Below, piece after piece: positions 12,521-24,390 of a stretch of DNA of 64,000 nucleotides. This stretch comes from Podarcis filfolensis (lineage: Eukaryota): NCBI GenBank assembly GCA_964270895.1, contig OZ185440.1; one strand, written 5' to 3'. How positions within the stretch are numbered: the stretch's first letter is position 1; each line of letters opens with the position of its first letter. The notes below the pieces were generated by a model. That model was not told where the DNA came from and made no database searches. It saw only the letters and a list, made by a program, of their open reading frames with translations. Position numbers and translations under genes: made by a program.

Positions 12521-14576
12521 CATTACATGGCAGGTCAGTAAAGCTAAAACTTGTTCCTCACCACCGTATAACATTCCAGTAAATGTATCTGTCAGAGCAT
12601 GATGCTGCAATTGTTTCAAAGACCTGAATATATTTTGAACCCAAGAGAAGGGGCAACGTGGAAGCCTAGAAAGGATCATGAGCAGCAGCAGCAGCAGCAC
12701 TAGTCTTCTCACCTCATTGACAGATACAAGGAAAAGAGCTCTAGCTAATTCACTTACTGCACAACACACAGCATCTGCTTCCTATTTGCATGCGACCGTG
12801 GGGGGGGGGGGAGAAGGAGGAAGCACTCCAGCTCGCTAGTCGGTGACAGAAGGAATCTCACTTGCTCACTCACTGAGCCGAGGAGGAAGACTGGCCCCAC
12901 CTCAAAATTGCCTAATATTTATCCACAGTCTGGCAGACCACCTGCTTTGAGTATTTTGTGGGCACAGCCTGTCTGCAGTACAGGCAACAGTCCAACAGGA
13001 GGAGCTCAAATACAAGCATTGCTCTAGCACAGCAAGAGTGTAGATAAATAATTAACATGCTGGCGTGATTGTGCTTATTTAATTCTATTAATCCCTGGCT
13101 GTAAATTCTCTCCAAGGTTCAGTGTGCTGTAGGAGCTAAAGATGCTCTCTCTGTGGTTTGACATCCAGACCTATCAAGAGCAACAATGAGCTAAGCCACT
13201 TCCACTCCTTACGGTCTGTGCAAGTCACATGGAGAATGACACACTGGCTTGAGATCCACAAGGGCTCATAACCAGCACTGGCAGCACCAGGCAGCTGTTT
13301 TGCTGGGCAAATCCTTTTTCCGCTCCCAATTCTAGTGCAGCTACACCCTCTGCAGGCTGCTGGCACAGTGCTTGACCACACTTTCTCTACTACTACCCCT
13401 GAGGTCCTGAACTTGAGGCTAGGAACTGTAGTGTTTCTTATTTTGCTTATGAGCTAGGTCTTGCCCTGAGCAGGTACTCCTAATGCTATTCCATCCCTGT
13501 GGCTGAAGTATTAAGTATGCAGACCTCTGAATTACCTATGGCTTTGAGCATGTCCTTTATGCAGCGGTTTTGCGGCTAGGTTTGTGTGAGAAACGTAACA
13601 TGCCATTCTACCCAAATTAATGAGCACACAAATAGCCTCAAGGGCTGATCCAAACTGCCTCCCCTTTCCTTCTTGCTGCTTCAGCCAGCTGCAAACCCAG
13701 TTCAATTAGCTGGGTTCTTGAACTCACAGGATTAGGCTGAGTTGTCTGGGAGAGGAAAAACTGTGACCTGTGTTGTGATGCAGAATGCCTTCTCAGTGTC
13801 TCAGTATACCCCCCACATCTCAGCACTATATTGCTCTTCCACTATTCAGCTTAGATACACAAGACTGCTCCTGAATCATCTACCTACTATTCTAGATTTC
13901 TTCTTCCACACCACACTGCCATGGCCCTAACAGAGTGCCTGTGGTATCAAATTGCTTGCTAGGCCTGAAAGTTCAAATTTTCTCCAGTAGTGACAAGGAC
14001 AAAAAACAATAAAGGGTTATTTCTTTATTTTCCAACTTTCTGAGTGAGTATTGCTTTAGTACGACTTCTCTCTGCGCTAGTGGGAAAATCCTCTCCTGTT
14101 ACTCAGCCTGCCCTGGACTTAACAAAGATGAATGGTTCAGACAGGGGTACAAGGCAGCAGAATCCCCAAGAAAAATCCATATACCAAAATTAGTTCCTTC
14201 CTTAATAGCTACTTAATCATGGTAAATGCAGCTGATGTTTACTTGAAACTGGAATTTGAGAGAGAGGGATTGGAAGGTTGCAAGTCAGAATTGTATCTAA
14301 TGACCACTTTTAAGAGATAGTGTGTTCTTTAAAGTGTGATTGAAGCCCCCTATAAGAGTGAGAACACTCAGCACCCCCCACCAGCCCTGATACTATTGTA
14401 GCTAATGCTGTCCATGGTCCTCTTTTGTACCACACTCCAGAAAAAAATGGATCTTGTCACAATGATCTATGAAAACAAGAGCCCAATTAGAAATGGGCTT
14501 GCATGTGGGATTTTGGGTCCTGGCAGGCTAACAGCCTCATAAGCACTCACCCAGCTGGGAGTTCCTGGAAAACGTA

Positions 14577-15102
14577 CCGTATTTTTCGCCCTATAGGATG
14601 CACCGGCCCATAGGATGCACCTAGATTTGGGGGGGGGGGAATAAAGGGGGGGGAAATTATTCCCCCCCCCCAGGCGCGGGGCTGGGGCGGGGGAAGCCCG
14701 AGCTTCCCTCGACCCCAGCCCCCAGAACAGGAGCCAGAGCAATGCCGAAGCTGAGCGCAGCTTCGGCATCGCTTTGGGAGCTTGCGCGGCTGGGGGCGGG
14801 GGAAGTCCGAGTTTCCCGCGACCTCAGACCCCAGAACAGGTCCCAGAGTGGCAGCTTCGGCATCGCTCTGGGAGCTTGCGCAACCTTCGGAAGCCGGCCT
14901 TCGGGGGATTGCGCGGAGCTGCGCCGATCCCGGGAGCGCAGGCAGCTCTGCGCAACCCTCCGGAGGCCGGCGCGGCTTGGCGCCGGGCTCCGGAGGGTTG
15001 CGCAGAGCTTCCTGAAGCCTGTATTTGCCCCATAGGACGCACCCACATTTCCCCTTCGTTTTTGGAGGGGGAAAAGTGCGTCCTATAGGGCGACAAATAC
15101 GG
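14577..15102. mobile_element. Young Tc1/mariner-superfamily (Tc2-like) non-autonomous element, 526 bp
   Basis: TA TSD at 14575-76 and 15103-04; TIR CCGTATTT(T/G)TCGCCCTATAGGA(T/C)GCAC at both ends; CpG-rich interior. Confidence 0.88.
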
Positions 15103-15974
15103 TACTCCTTTTTTGTGTCCTTCCCTGCTAAATGCTGTGGATCAGCAGTGTGTGGTTAACAGTCTTTCCAAACCTTGCTAGGCTTTGGTGCCTCTTTCAC
15201 ATGCTAGCCTTTAGCCAGCCAGTGCTTCTCCCTGGCCTCTATAATCTTGCCTTCTGGGCAATGCTTGTATCACATCCCCTGAATCAAGGGAGATATGCTG
15301 CTGCAAGGGGAGGTCAGGGGCAAAAGAAGATAACAATTCAAGCAGGACCAATAATGCATGAAAAGGACACTTCCTCAATTTATCCTCCCCCTCTACACAT
15401 ATGAGAAGAGTTTTATTTATGATTTAAGCCCCTCACAGCTGAAGTGGGCCCTACAGGGCATGCTGCAAGCACAGGAAAACATTTATCCTGCTACTGTGAC
15501 TCTAATAGCTACAAGGGAACTTTTTCCAACATAGCAATTTTTCAAATTAATCATCTGCCTAGTAAATGGTTCATCGTGGAGAGAAGGAGTTTGCCTGCAA
15601 AAGCCACCATAATTCCTGGCCTCTCAATACCACTATTTTGGCCTCCATCACAGCACAAACAGCACTCCGAGGCTACTGAAACTGTAACCTTTTCCAATAT
15701 AATTAATAACTAACAGAAAGTGTGCAAAACATAATGTGAGAATCTATATCTATATTTCTCTATATACTGGAAGTAAAACAGGTCTGCACTTGACCGTTCA
15801 CACATTACATTTTACACTTCTTTTCCAGCACATAGGGCAGTTATGGGCAGAATTCTTTTGTAAGTTCTGCAATGTTAGGTTGGGCTGAGGAGCTGCAGAC
15901 AAAACTATTGTCCAGGTCAAAAGCAACCATTCCGGTGCTATCGAGACATTCTAAATCACAACTCTCATTAACTC

Positions 15975-16040
15975 TCTGGCTGGGGCTCATGGGAGTTGCA
16001 GTCCAGAAATCTGGAGGGCACCAGGTTGTCGACCCCTGAG
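15975..16040. mobile_element. Partial hAT-type MITE
   Basis: atgggagttgcagtcc...tctggagggc...ttgtcgacccctg resembles the right half of the 382-517 element. Confidence 0.5.
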
Positions 16041-16085
16041 TCAGGAAGAATACAGATCCAAGATTAAACACCCAAGCAGGCTCAC

Positions 16086-16183
16086 CTCATATTCCTGGGA
16101 AAACTTCAGCCCATCATTGGCCTTCAGTCGGTCGATGTTGTCTGCGAGGTCCGTCACTGGAATGGGAGGATGATCACGCATGC
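16086..16183 (-). CDS. PTPRF: Wedge-region exon (98 nt) [32 protein letters not shown]
   Basis: tctggtag|GCATG ... GAG|gtgagc; phase 1-0. Confidence 0.96.
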
Positions 16184-17587
16184 CTACCAGATCAAACATA
16201 AGGAGGGGAGGCAGCAGGGTAAGAAGTTATTGCACAGCTGAAGAGTGTTCCTGCACATGCGCACAGCAGACCAAATGGCAATGTGGCGCGATGGATGGAA
16301 CATGAGTGAGGAAACATGGCATGCAGTGCCCACGCGATGGCACAATGTATGTGTGCATGCTCTGATGAGACAGCGACCAGCCAGATGGCTTCTACATATA
16401 ATACCAGGCCAAAAAGGGTGAAGATACTGCTGTATGGACTGAGGCTGGAAGGGGCCTAGGCAATAAAGTACAAAGCCCTTGGAGTCTGCGCCCTGCATTC
16501 AGACAGTGCACACCACAGTACAGATACAGAGATCCTGAACAGATGCCAGCATTGTTCACTGGGCTCTGGGACCACTTTCTGTATCTCTCAACAGCCCACT
16601 CTCATGTTCTCAGTGACTGAGGCAGCGGACAAGTCTTAAGCACTCATAGCCATGCATCTATAAGAAAGGCACCAAGAAATCCTGTATCTAATAGCTGGGC
16701 AATTAAAAACCATTCCTTATCAAAGAATATTTTGCCTAGTGATAGGTAGGGAGCAAAGAGGGTCTGGAAAGTAAGCTTTTGTGCAACTAGCCTTCTTGAG
16801 TTTGATGACTGTGCAATGATGCACAATCTCACAAAGTAGACTTACACCAGCCCCTAATCAAGAGACAGGATCCGTTCTTCTTACAAGTTAAACCCCATCT
16901 CTGTTCCTCTGCAATTCTCAAAGTATCAATAGGAAGTAAAATCTGCAGCAATTCCCGTCCTCATCCCTGCATTTTCCTCTTGCCGTGGAGGCCAGAGCCA
17001 AAGTAAACTTTACAGGCACAATATAGAACAAAATCCCATCCTTCTCCTTTGTCCACCAGAAGCTCAGAAAATTAAAACAGTATTTGTAGGTGACACACTG
17101 CACTTCACATTCATTAAGACATAGGCAGAGAGAGCAAAAGAATAAAAGAGCAGCTGCATGAGGGACTACTCTTGCAGATGGTTCAGAAGTTGCAGTTAGA
17201 GGAAAATGCAGCAGCCCATTTGGTTAGTGGGTCAACCACCTGGAATCATATTATTCTAATTCTATGGGATTTACACAGGCTTCCAATACATTTCTGAGAT
17301 CAATTCAATGTACTATCACTGACCTATTAAGTCCTGCATGACTCAGGAGCCCTGAAGGAGCACCACTCCCAGTACTGTCCCGCCTGGTTGTTAAGATGTG
17401 AACAAAAGTCCCCTTTTGATGTCCCACATCAAGGGTCAGTGCCCATGGAGTTATCCGTTTTGCATCAGCTCAAAACCTTTTTGTTTTGACAAACATTTTT
17501 AAGTGTTGGGATTTTATGGAATTATCTGCAGGACTTGGTTTTGTAAATTTTAATTTTTGCTACTCTCATGTATTATTTTGTATTGTA

Positions 17588-17943
17588 CCTCAGGGACCAC
17601 CTATCTTCTGATCAACCAGCCTGGACCCTGCAATCATCATCTGAGGCCCTTCTTCACGTGCCTCTTCCACAAGAGGTCCAGAGGGTGGCAACACAAGAAT
17701 GGGCCATTTTTGTGGTGGTTCCCCCTTTGTGGAATGCCGTCCCCCAAGGAGGCTCACCTGGCGCCTTTCTTACGTATCTTTAGGCACTAGGCAAAATCAT
17801 TCCTTTTCTCCCAGGCCTTTGGCTAATTAGACAATCTATGACTTTTTAAACTGTTTGTGTGTGTGGTTTTTGTTTGTTACTATAGCATGTATTTTTGTAG
17901 TTTTATATTGTAAACTGCCCTGTGATCCTTGGATGAAGGGTGG

Positions 17944-17977
<34 letters not shown>

Positions 17978-17990
17978 GTAATGTAACCTG
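17588..17990 (+). mobile_element. L2 LINE 3' end with (TAA)n tail
   Basis: Translates YLRDHLS...TLQSSSEALLHVP...VVPPLWNAVP (L2 ORF2 C-terminal pattern); ttgtaaactgccctgtgatcc...gaagggtggtat followed by a TAA repeat at 17945-17976. Confidence 0.75.
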
Positions 17991-18574
17991 TGTAACCTGA
18001 ACTGGGTTTAAGAATGACTGAATGCCTAAATAAATACATTTGGGTTTAAGGCATTCCAGTAAGGTGCTGCCTGCAAAACAGTGGCTGAGGAGCATATGGA
18101 GGAGATGAGCAAGTCCTAGCTTGCTGGACTACATTTGGATAGAGAACACTTCCTTTTCATTTTGGAGGAGATGCTGTATAGCTTCCACATGATATAAGTG
18201 CACCCTTTGCAACTGCAGCCAGGCCTTGCTTCCCTAAGTTGGGGTCCTATAACATACCAAAGAAAGAGCTGTTGCAGCCTCATGTGCTCAGTCAAGATTG
18301 CAATTTTGCTGGCTGATTTATGAATTTCATTGTTTGGAAAACTGTGATGTGTTAATCTCTCTTTCTTCACATGCAGGCTGGAGCATTGTGTGTGAGTAGC
18401 ATCAGAGACTAGTTTGTGGGGGACAGCCTGGCTCACTAGCAAGAGAAGGGTTAGCACTAAGTCTGTGGTGAGTGAGGTTGACCTTCATGACACTGAACAA
18501 AAAAAAGATGAGAAAGAAAGAGGCGGGGAAAAGATAGTGAGAAAGAAGAAAAAGGAGGAGGAGAGAAAACTAAC

Positions 18575-18607
18575 TTGAGATATTCGGGCAACTGGGGCCA
18601 CTGGCAC
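18575..18607 (-). CDS. PTPRF: Micro-exon meD/LASE-a (33 nt) GASGPSCPNIS(S)
   Basis: ctgttctttcag|GTGCCAGTGGCCCCAGTTGCCCGAATATCTCAA|gttagt; phase 1-1; matches the 11-residue PSCPNISS-type LAR insert. Confidence 0.92.
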
Positions 18608-20580
18608 CTGAAAGAACAGAAATCCCATTAGCTGTTGCTGAGGGAAGAGTTAAAGATGCGACAGAGGAGGGTCAAAGGGCAGCACAAAAATCCCCACCAC
18701 AACCTTCACATTCCTACATTTAGGGATGGGAATTGCAGCTTGATGCTTGCTACACATGTGGCAGCATGGAGGGTGATGTATTAAGACAAGCACCAAGTAC
18801 AACCAGGATTATTTCACAAAGAGGATTTACCCACAACAGACATGATAGATGGCTTTGCTTGTTGGCCAGGAAACAGAGTTCCTATTCCCAGCACATGTTG
18901 CTTTCCAAGACCATGCTTCCCTCCTACATGAGACAGCAGCAGAGCCTTGGAACCAAGGTGTAGTCAAAATTCACCCAATTGCTTAGTAGCGACATCACCC
19001 TGCCTGACCTGCCACAAGCCTGCAAAATGGAACATGAGAACAAAGGAGCTGACAATTCACGCAAGAACCTGTGTCTGAAGTGGAAACTATTAAAGTGATA
19101 AGCTTAATATTTAATAACAGCAGCTTGATTAATTATGCACTGAGCAAGGCCTTTCCTGCCTCTACATTTGCCAGAAGGGATATCAACTATGAGACTGCTC
19201 AGGGTTTAGTTGCTGCTGTCTGGCCCACAGAAGGCATCCATCCATCACAGAAGAGGGTGAGGCTAGGTAGAGGCAACTAAGTGTCTCAGGCTGAAACAAT
19301 AATACCAGAACTTCTTTTGTACACCGATCGTTCCCTACTGGGCACCTGAGAAGATAAAAGGGTGCAAAAGCTCAAGCTAGCAGCTCAGCAAGTATGGTCA
19401 CGCCTGAGAATATGTGTGGGGGGGGGAGATTGCGTATGCACTATGAGGCTAACTCGCTTTCTTTTGTCAAGCTTCCCTTTTGTGCAACATCCCTTGTTAG
19501 CACATACAACTCTGCACCATGTCCATGCCTCTATCTTCTCTCTGTGACCCCTCTGGACTAGACCTCTAACTCTCCTGTCATGTTGGACTCTGCAAACCAT
19601 CTGGTGGAATAATGACTTTACACTAATAGGGTGGGTCGCGCTCCCAATTCTGCAAGCTGTGTGCGTACAACCTACACAAGCCCCCGTCCTCTGACCCATC
19701 TGCAAGGCAGTATGAGGTAAAGGACTCAAGCCTAGAAAGAGAGACAAGAGAGCAGCGCTGCACATAGTCACAGGACACAACTTCCAATTCGCTTTCCCCA
19801 AAAAATGTATTATAGGAGGACAAATAGTTTTGAGGAAAAGGAATACAGGTCACATCTTGCTAGGTAGAGTCTGGGTGTACTGAGCTAGAAGCCCCCACTT
19901 ACCGCTAACATCATTCAATAGCCTTCATGAATCCCACAATCTAAATAAGGAAGGAATAGGTTGCTTCAACTCTAACATGATAGAATGCAAACCACATCCT
20001 GCCTCAGATGAGGATGTGAGGCCCTCCACAAAGCAAGAAATCTAGGAAATAGACTCTGTTGAAGACAGATTGTTTTGCTGACACAGCTAAGCAGCATCTA
20101 TTACAACTGCAACGTACCTTAAGAGTTGGAAACACTGCAGGAGCTGAATCATGAACCTGCCTATCTGCTACTTGACAGTGGACCTACTGGCATGTTGGAC
20201 TTTCCTTTTGCTGGCTAATTTTGAGGCCATATCTGGAGAGCACGATCTGGGCCAAAAAACTGAGTGTTATCTATGGAATATAAGATAAATCATGACAAGG
20301 CCTCCATTAGAGCCTGTTCTTTGTCACGCTATGCCTTCCAGCTCCTTGTGATGCATGTATGGTCAGGCTATTGAGCCAACAGAAAGCCTGCCATCCCCAT
20401 TCTGACTGTTGCCAATGTCAGATATACACATGAGCGACAGTGTATTGAGCCACACTGGCCTCTGAACCTAGCCTGAGAAGGTGCACACAACACTGCAAAG
20501 GGAAGAAGAGGCTCTCTTATCACAAACTTCTGCCAGTAAAAGGAGCATGGGCCTCTGTGGGGCCATCAAGTGGTACCTAC

Positions 20581-20696
20581 CTGGTGTTTGGTAGTTGAGT
20601 CGCCTCATTTCAACAGGATCAGAGGAATGGGCCAGCAAGGAGTCCTTCAGGCCAATGGAATGTTCATCCTTGGCGGAGGGTGAATTGGCCCTTTTC
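20581..20696 (-). CDS. PTPRF: Juxtamembrane exon (116 nt) RKRANSPSAKDEHSIGLKDSLLAHSSDPVEMRRLNYQTP
   Basis: ttcctttag|GAAAA ... CCAG|gtaggt; phase 2-1. Confidence 0.96.
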
Positions 20697-22286
20697 CTAA
20701 AGGAAGAGAAGGCGCAGCTCAGAAGGTAGATCTGGGCATGGACCAAATGGCAGAGAACTTCAAGATGACCCTGTAGCAGACTCAATAATGCACCTAGCAG
20801 TAAGGGGGACTGGTAACCCCCTCCCCAGAGCCAGACACAGGCTTACAAAATCTCCAGTTCCGCTTCCATCTTCCACACACCAGTGTTGGGAACTATTTCC
20901 TGTGGTGGATGAATATACTTAAGATTTTGCCAAGTATTAAAAAAATTATTTAAAATGTGAAGAGTTGTAATATAATAGGGTAAGGGCTCTTCAGGGTGAA
21001 TTTTATTGGTCCATTAATACTTGTCTTGAGTGGCTGAAGGCCCCCCAGGCATGTGTTAATGGAACAATAAAATACACTGTTGTCTCTTCATGCTATATTT
21101 ATGCCTGCAGCTCCACCACCCTAGGCTCTTATCCTAGTAGATTTCACTAGCTAAGCAGAGATGAACCTGCTCAGTGATTAAATGGCAGACATTTACAGGA
21201 AATTTTGGCATGACAAGAAGAGTTATCAGTGATGTCCAGTGGCTACCATTAAACCAAAAAACCTCATACAGTGTTGCCTCTTAAAGTTGCAATGTGTTTT
21301 CTAGGGTAACTAAGCCACGGGGAGGGGGTATTCAACAGAAACAGAAACACCCCAGCCTGGTATTAAGGAGCACTGTGCTGCAATCCTGCAGGCAATTCAG
21401 CAGAGAGGTGTGTGTATCTGTAGCTCTTTCAAACACATCAGAAGCCCAAAGCACTTATGATTAACCTGGAGACAATGTTGATAGCACCCTGAAAAGGATT
21501 TTTTTACTTTGCCTGACGGCACAACTCTATTTGTTAGAAGGGAGAAATTGCCACAATTAGCATGGTGCCTCACGAGCTCTCTGTGCTGTGAGGGGAGAAA
21601 ACAAAAGTTTGTTCAGCTGTATGCACATGCATGCATGAAGTGGGGAGTCATTTATAAAGCAGCCACCACATTACAACATCTGAAATAAGAGCCCTGCATC
21701 AACTTGAATTTATCACCAAAGGGGACCATTGTTGAAATAAGCCTAAGACTTTGCTTTGGTTCCTGCCTCCTGCTGAAAGTCAGTGTCACTCTGTTGTAAC
21801 CGCATTACTTCCAGATTTACTAAGAATCAGCTAGACACCAAAGTCAGCAAGCAGTGGGAGACCTTTGTAGGACACACACAGTGACACTGAAAAGGGAACA
21901 GCTCAGAGCAAGGCCTTATTAACTGGTTTATAGAGCATGCTGATTATGCCAAGGAACTAGAGTCAGCTCATGGTAATGTCACATCCTTGATCAATATAGG
22001 GGGCAAATAACCCCACAAATCCTGGAACACCAAATGCACTGAAAAGGAATTTTCTAAAACTCTGTCACACCTTACTTGTGAAGCCATTTATTTAAATATA
22101 ACAGCAAGAGAAGGTTAAAGGAGTTTAGGACACCACAATGGCTAGGTAGGCAGAGCAATATCCAAAAGCCAGATTAGTCTGGGTAGGAAGACTTATGCTT
22201 ACTGTTTTTAACAAGATGAAACAGTGGATGTGAAACAGACAAAGCAAAGGATTAGTAAGGGTGGGGGGAGGAGGGCAGATGTCTAC

Positions 22287-22298
22287 CTTTCTTGTTTG
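22287..22298 (-). CDS. PTPRF: Juxtamembrane micro-exon (12 nt) S-K-Q-E
   Basis: ttcctctttttttctctatttctgctgtccctggatctag|CAAACAAGAAAG|gtagac; phase 2-2, gives LLFK-SKQE-RKR; position matches the 4-residue NKPD insert of PTPRS. Confidence 0.8.
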
Positions 22299-23077
22299 CT
22301 AGATCCAGGGACAGCAGAAATAGAGAAAAAAAGAGGAAATCCAGGTTACAAAAAGTACTAATTGTGCATGCAATAACCCAAAGTCACCTCCCCTCTTGGT
22401 GTTATTATGCACATTTAGTTGGAGAAAAATGATGACAGCTTCCCAGAGCAAAGATGGGAGAGTAAGCACTCCCTGTAACCAAATGAGCAGCTCCTGCTTC
22501 TTTTAACAGCCCAAGCACTTGACACCCATGTCCCAGATCATGGATCAGAACACCTATGACTAGGCTGAGGACAAATCTCTGGAACAAAGGGTCCCTGTTA
22601 CCACATGGAGGGTTCATTCTTGGAGCCAAGAAGACTTGGGGAAAAGCACCAGGCCTCTGAATAAACCAAGGGATGTAGGCATTTGTTGGCCAGAGCCTTT
22701 TACTTAATCTGAGGCATGGTGATCCAGGTCATCACCCTAGAACCACTAAGCAGAAGCCATGTCCTATGGCTTCACAGTTCATCTGGCACTGACACAGCCC
22801 CAGTTCACTTCCAGTATATACCTTCCCAGCACAAAATGAAATGCAGAGACCACTGAATGTGATCCCATGCTCCCCACCCCTTCCTAGGGCTTGCCTTACA
22901 TAGCACTGTTTTGCAGGCTCCATTGAGAAACCTTCAGGAAGGTTCAGACCACATCCCCCAGAAGAGACAGTGTCCTTGGATTTATAATATAGTTTGCTCA
23001 CTGTAAATGTTCTTGAGCTTGGCACAATACTGCACCATGGACACCACCACATTGCACGGGCATAGGCGTGTGCTCAC

Positions 23078-23229
23078 CTTTTGAAGAGCAGGATAGCAAT
23101 GACAATGATGATGATTAAGATGACAGCCAGGACAGGCCCCATCACCCACAGCATCTCTGGTTCATCCTGCTGTTTGGCTGAAACCTCCATCACAATCTCA
23201 TCTGAGTAGGGGCTGGCTGCATACTTCTT
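23078..23229 (-). CDS. PTPRF: Transmembrane exon (152 nt) KKYAASPYSDE...MLWVMGPVLAVILIIIIVIAILLFK
   Basis: tcaccag|AAGAAG ... AAAG|gtgagc; ~24-residue hydrophobic helix; phase 0-2. Confidence 0.97.
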
Positions 23230-24317
23230 CTGGTGAGTTTGAGAGAGAGGAGAGCAGACAAAGATCATTGATCAGGTCTCTTCCTTGCTTAATTCTGAGT
23301 TGTCCCTCGGAACAATAGCCCCAAGCTGCCCACCTGCAATTTTCCTCATGAGCACCCAGGGAATTAACAGACACCGTGAAAACAAACCTCCTCTCCACAG
23401 TAATGGAACATTCAGAACCACATCAGCTAGAAAGTGGCCTCCCTCAGTGCCAGAAAGGAATGGTCCAGCTGAGAACAAGTTGCCAGCCTCAGACACACGA
23501 AGAGCCAAATTATAGGCTTTGGAGATGCAGCCAATTGAGCATCAGGCCTGGCGGGTAGTGACTAAGTGGTTTATAATACCTATTATGCCGTTATAAACAC
23601 ATCACCCTAGGGGGTTATATGTCAAGGAACACCCACTGGGCATTATGTTCCACACTGAACAGCAGACTAACTCATGGCTGTCCTTGAAGCTCTAGCATAA
23701 GCCCTGAATACAGCAGGATTCACGTGGGGCTTCTCACATGCAAAGGCTTCCAAGTCATACAAGGGACTGGCAAGTTGCAACCAAAAAAGCAATACAAAAT
23801 TGGCTGGCTCTGTTCCAATACATGCTATGCTTATATCTTTTTTTTAATGCCTGCCAGAAGACGTATGTTCAGGGAGGACCATGTTCTCTGTTCTAGTGGA
23901 GGCTTCCTATTGCCCTGCTCAAGGGAGAGGCGTACACTGGTCTCACTTTTAGCCCCTGCGGAGATGCCTGTTGACCAAATTCTGCCAGTCTGAAAGCGGA
24001 GATCTTAAATAGCCTCTTCTCTGAAACACAGAGAAAACGTGCCCATAGCAGCTGCTTTTGTGGATGCTCAGCAGGAAACACCTGCCTGGCTTAATTTGAG
24101 CCACATTTTGTCTCTGGAACCTGGTTCAGTGGCAGGGCTAAGTCCTAGAACATGCAGAATAGTAAAAAATAATATTCTAGAGCCCATTTTCACATTACTG
24201 AGAAATAACTACACGTTCCCCAAGTTCTAAGATTAGAACTAAATTTCTGACACTTCTTGGGGAAACAAAACAATAAATGTTGAATTCCAGGGGGCAGCAA
24301 AAACAAGGAAGGTATTT

Positions 24318-24390
24318 GCGGTGCCTTAAAGACTAATAAATTCACTGTGGCATAGCTTTTGTGAACTACAGCCCATTAGATGCATGATGT
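24318..24390 (+). mobile_element. Penelope-like terminal fragment
   Basis: ggtgccttaaagactaataaattcactgtggcatagcttttgtgaactacagccc...agatgcatga resembles squamate Penelope termini as I recall them. Confidence 0.45.

Noticed and set aside
14467-15096. Stack of 77-129 aa ORFs on both strands
   Set aside because: Explained by the GC-rich MITE, which is poor in stop codons.
16846-16853. 8-nt GGGCTGGT|gtaagt micro-exon
   Set aside because: Short pyrimidine tract, poor exonic donor bases and a frameshift; indistinguishable from a pseudo-exon.
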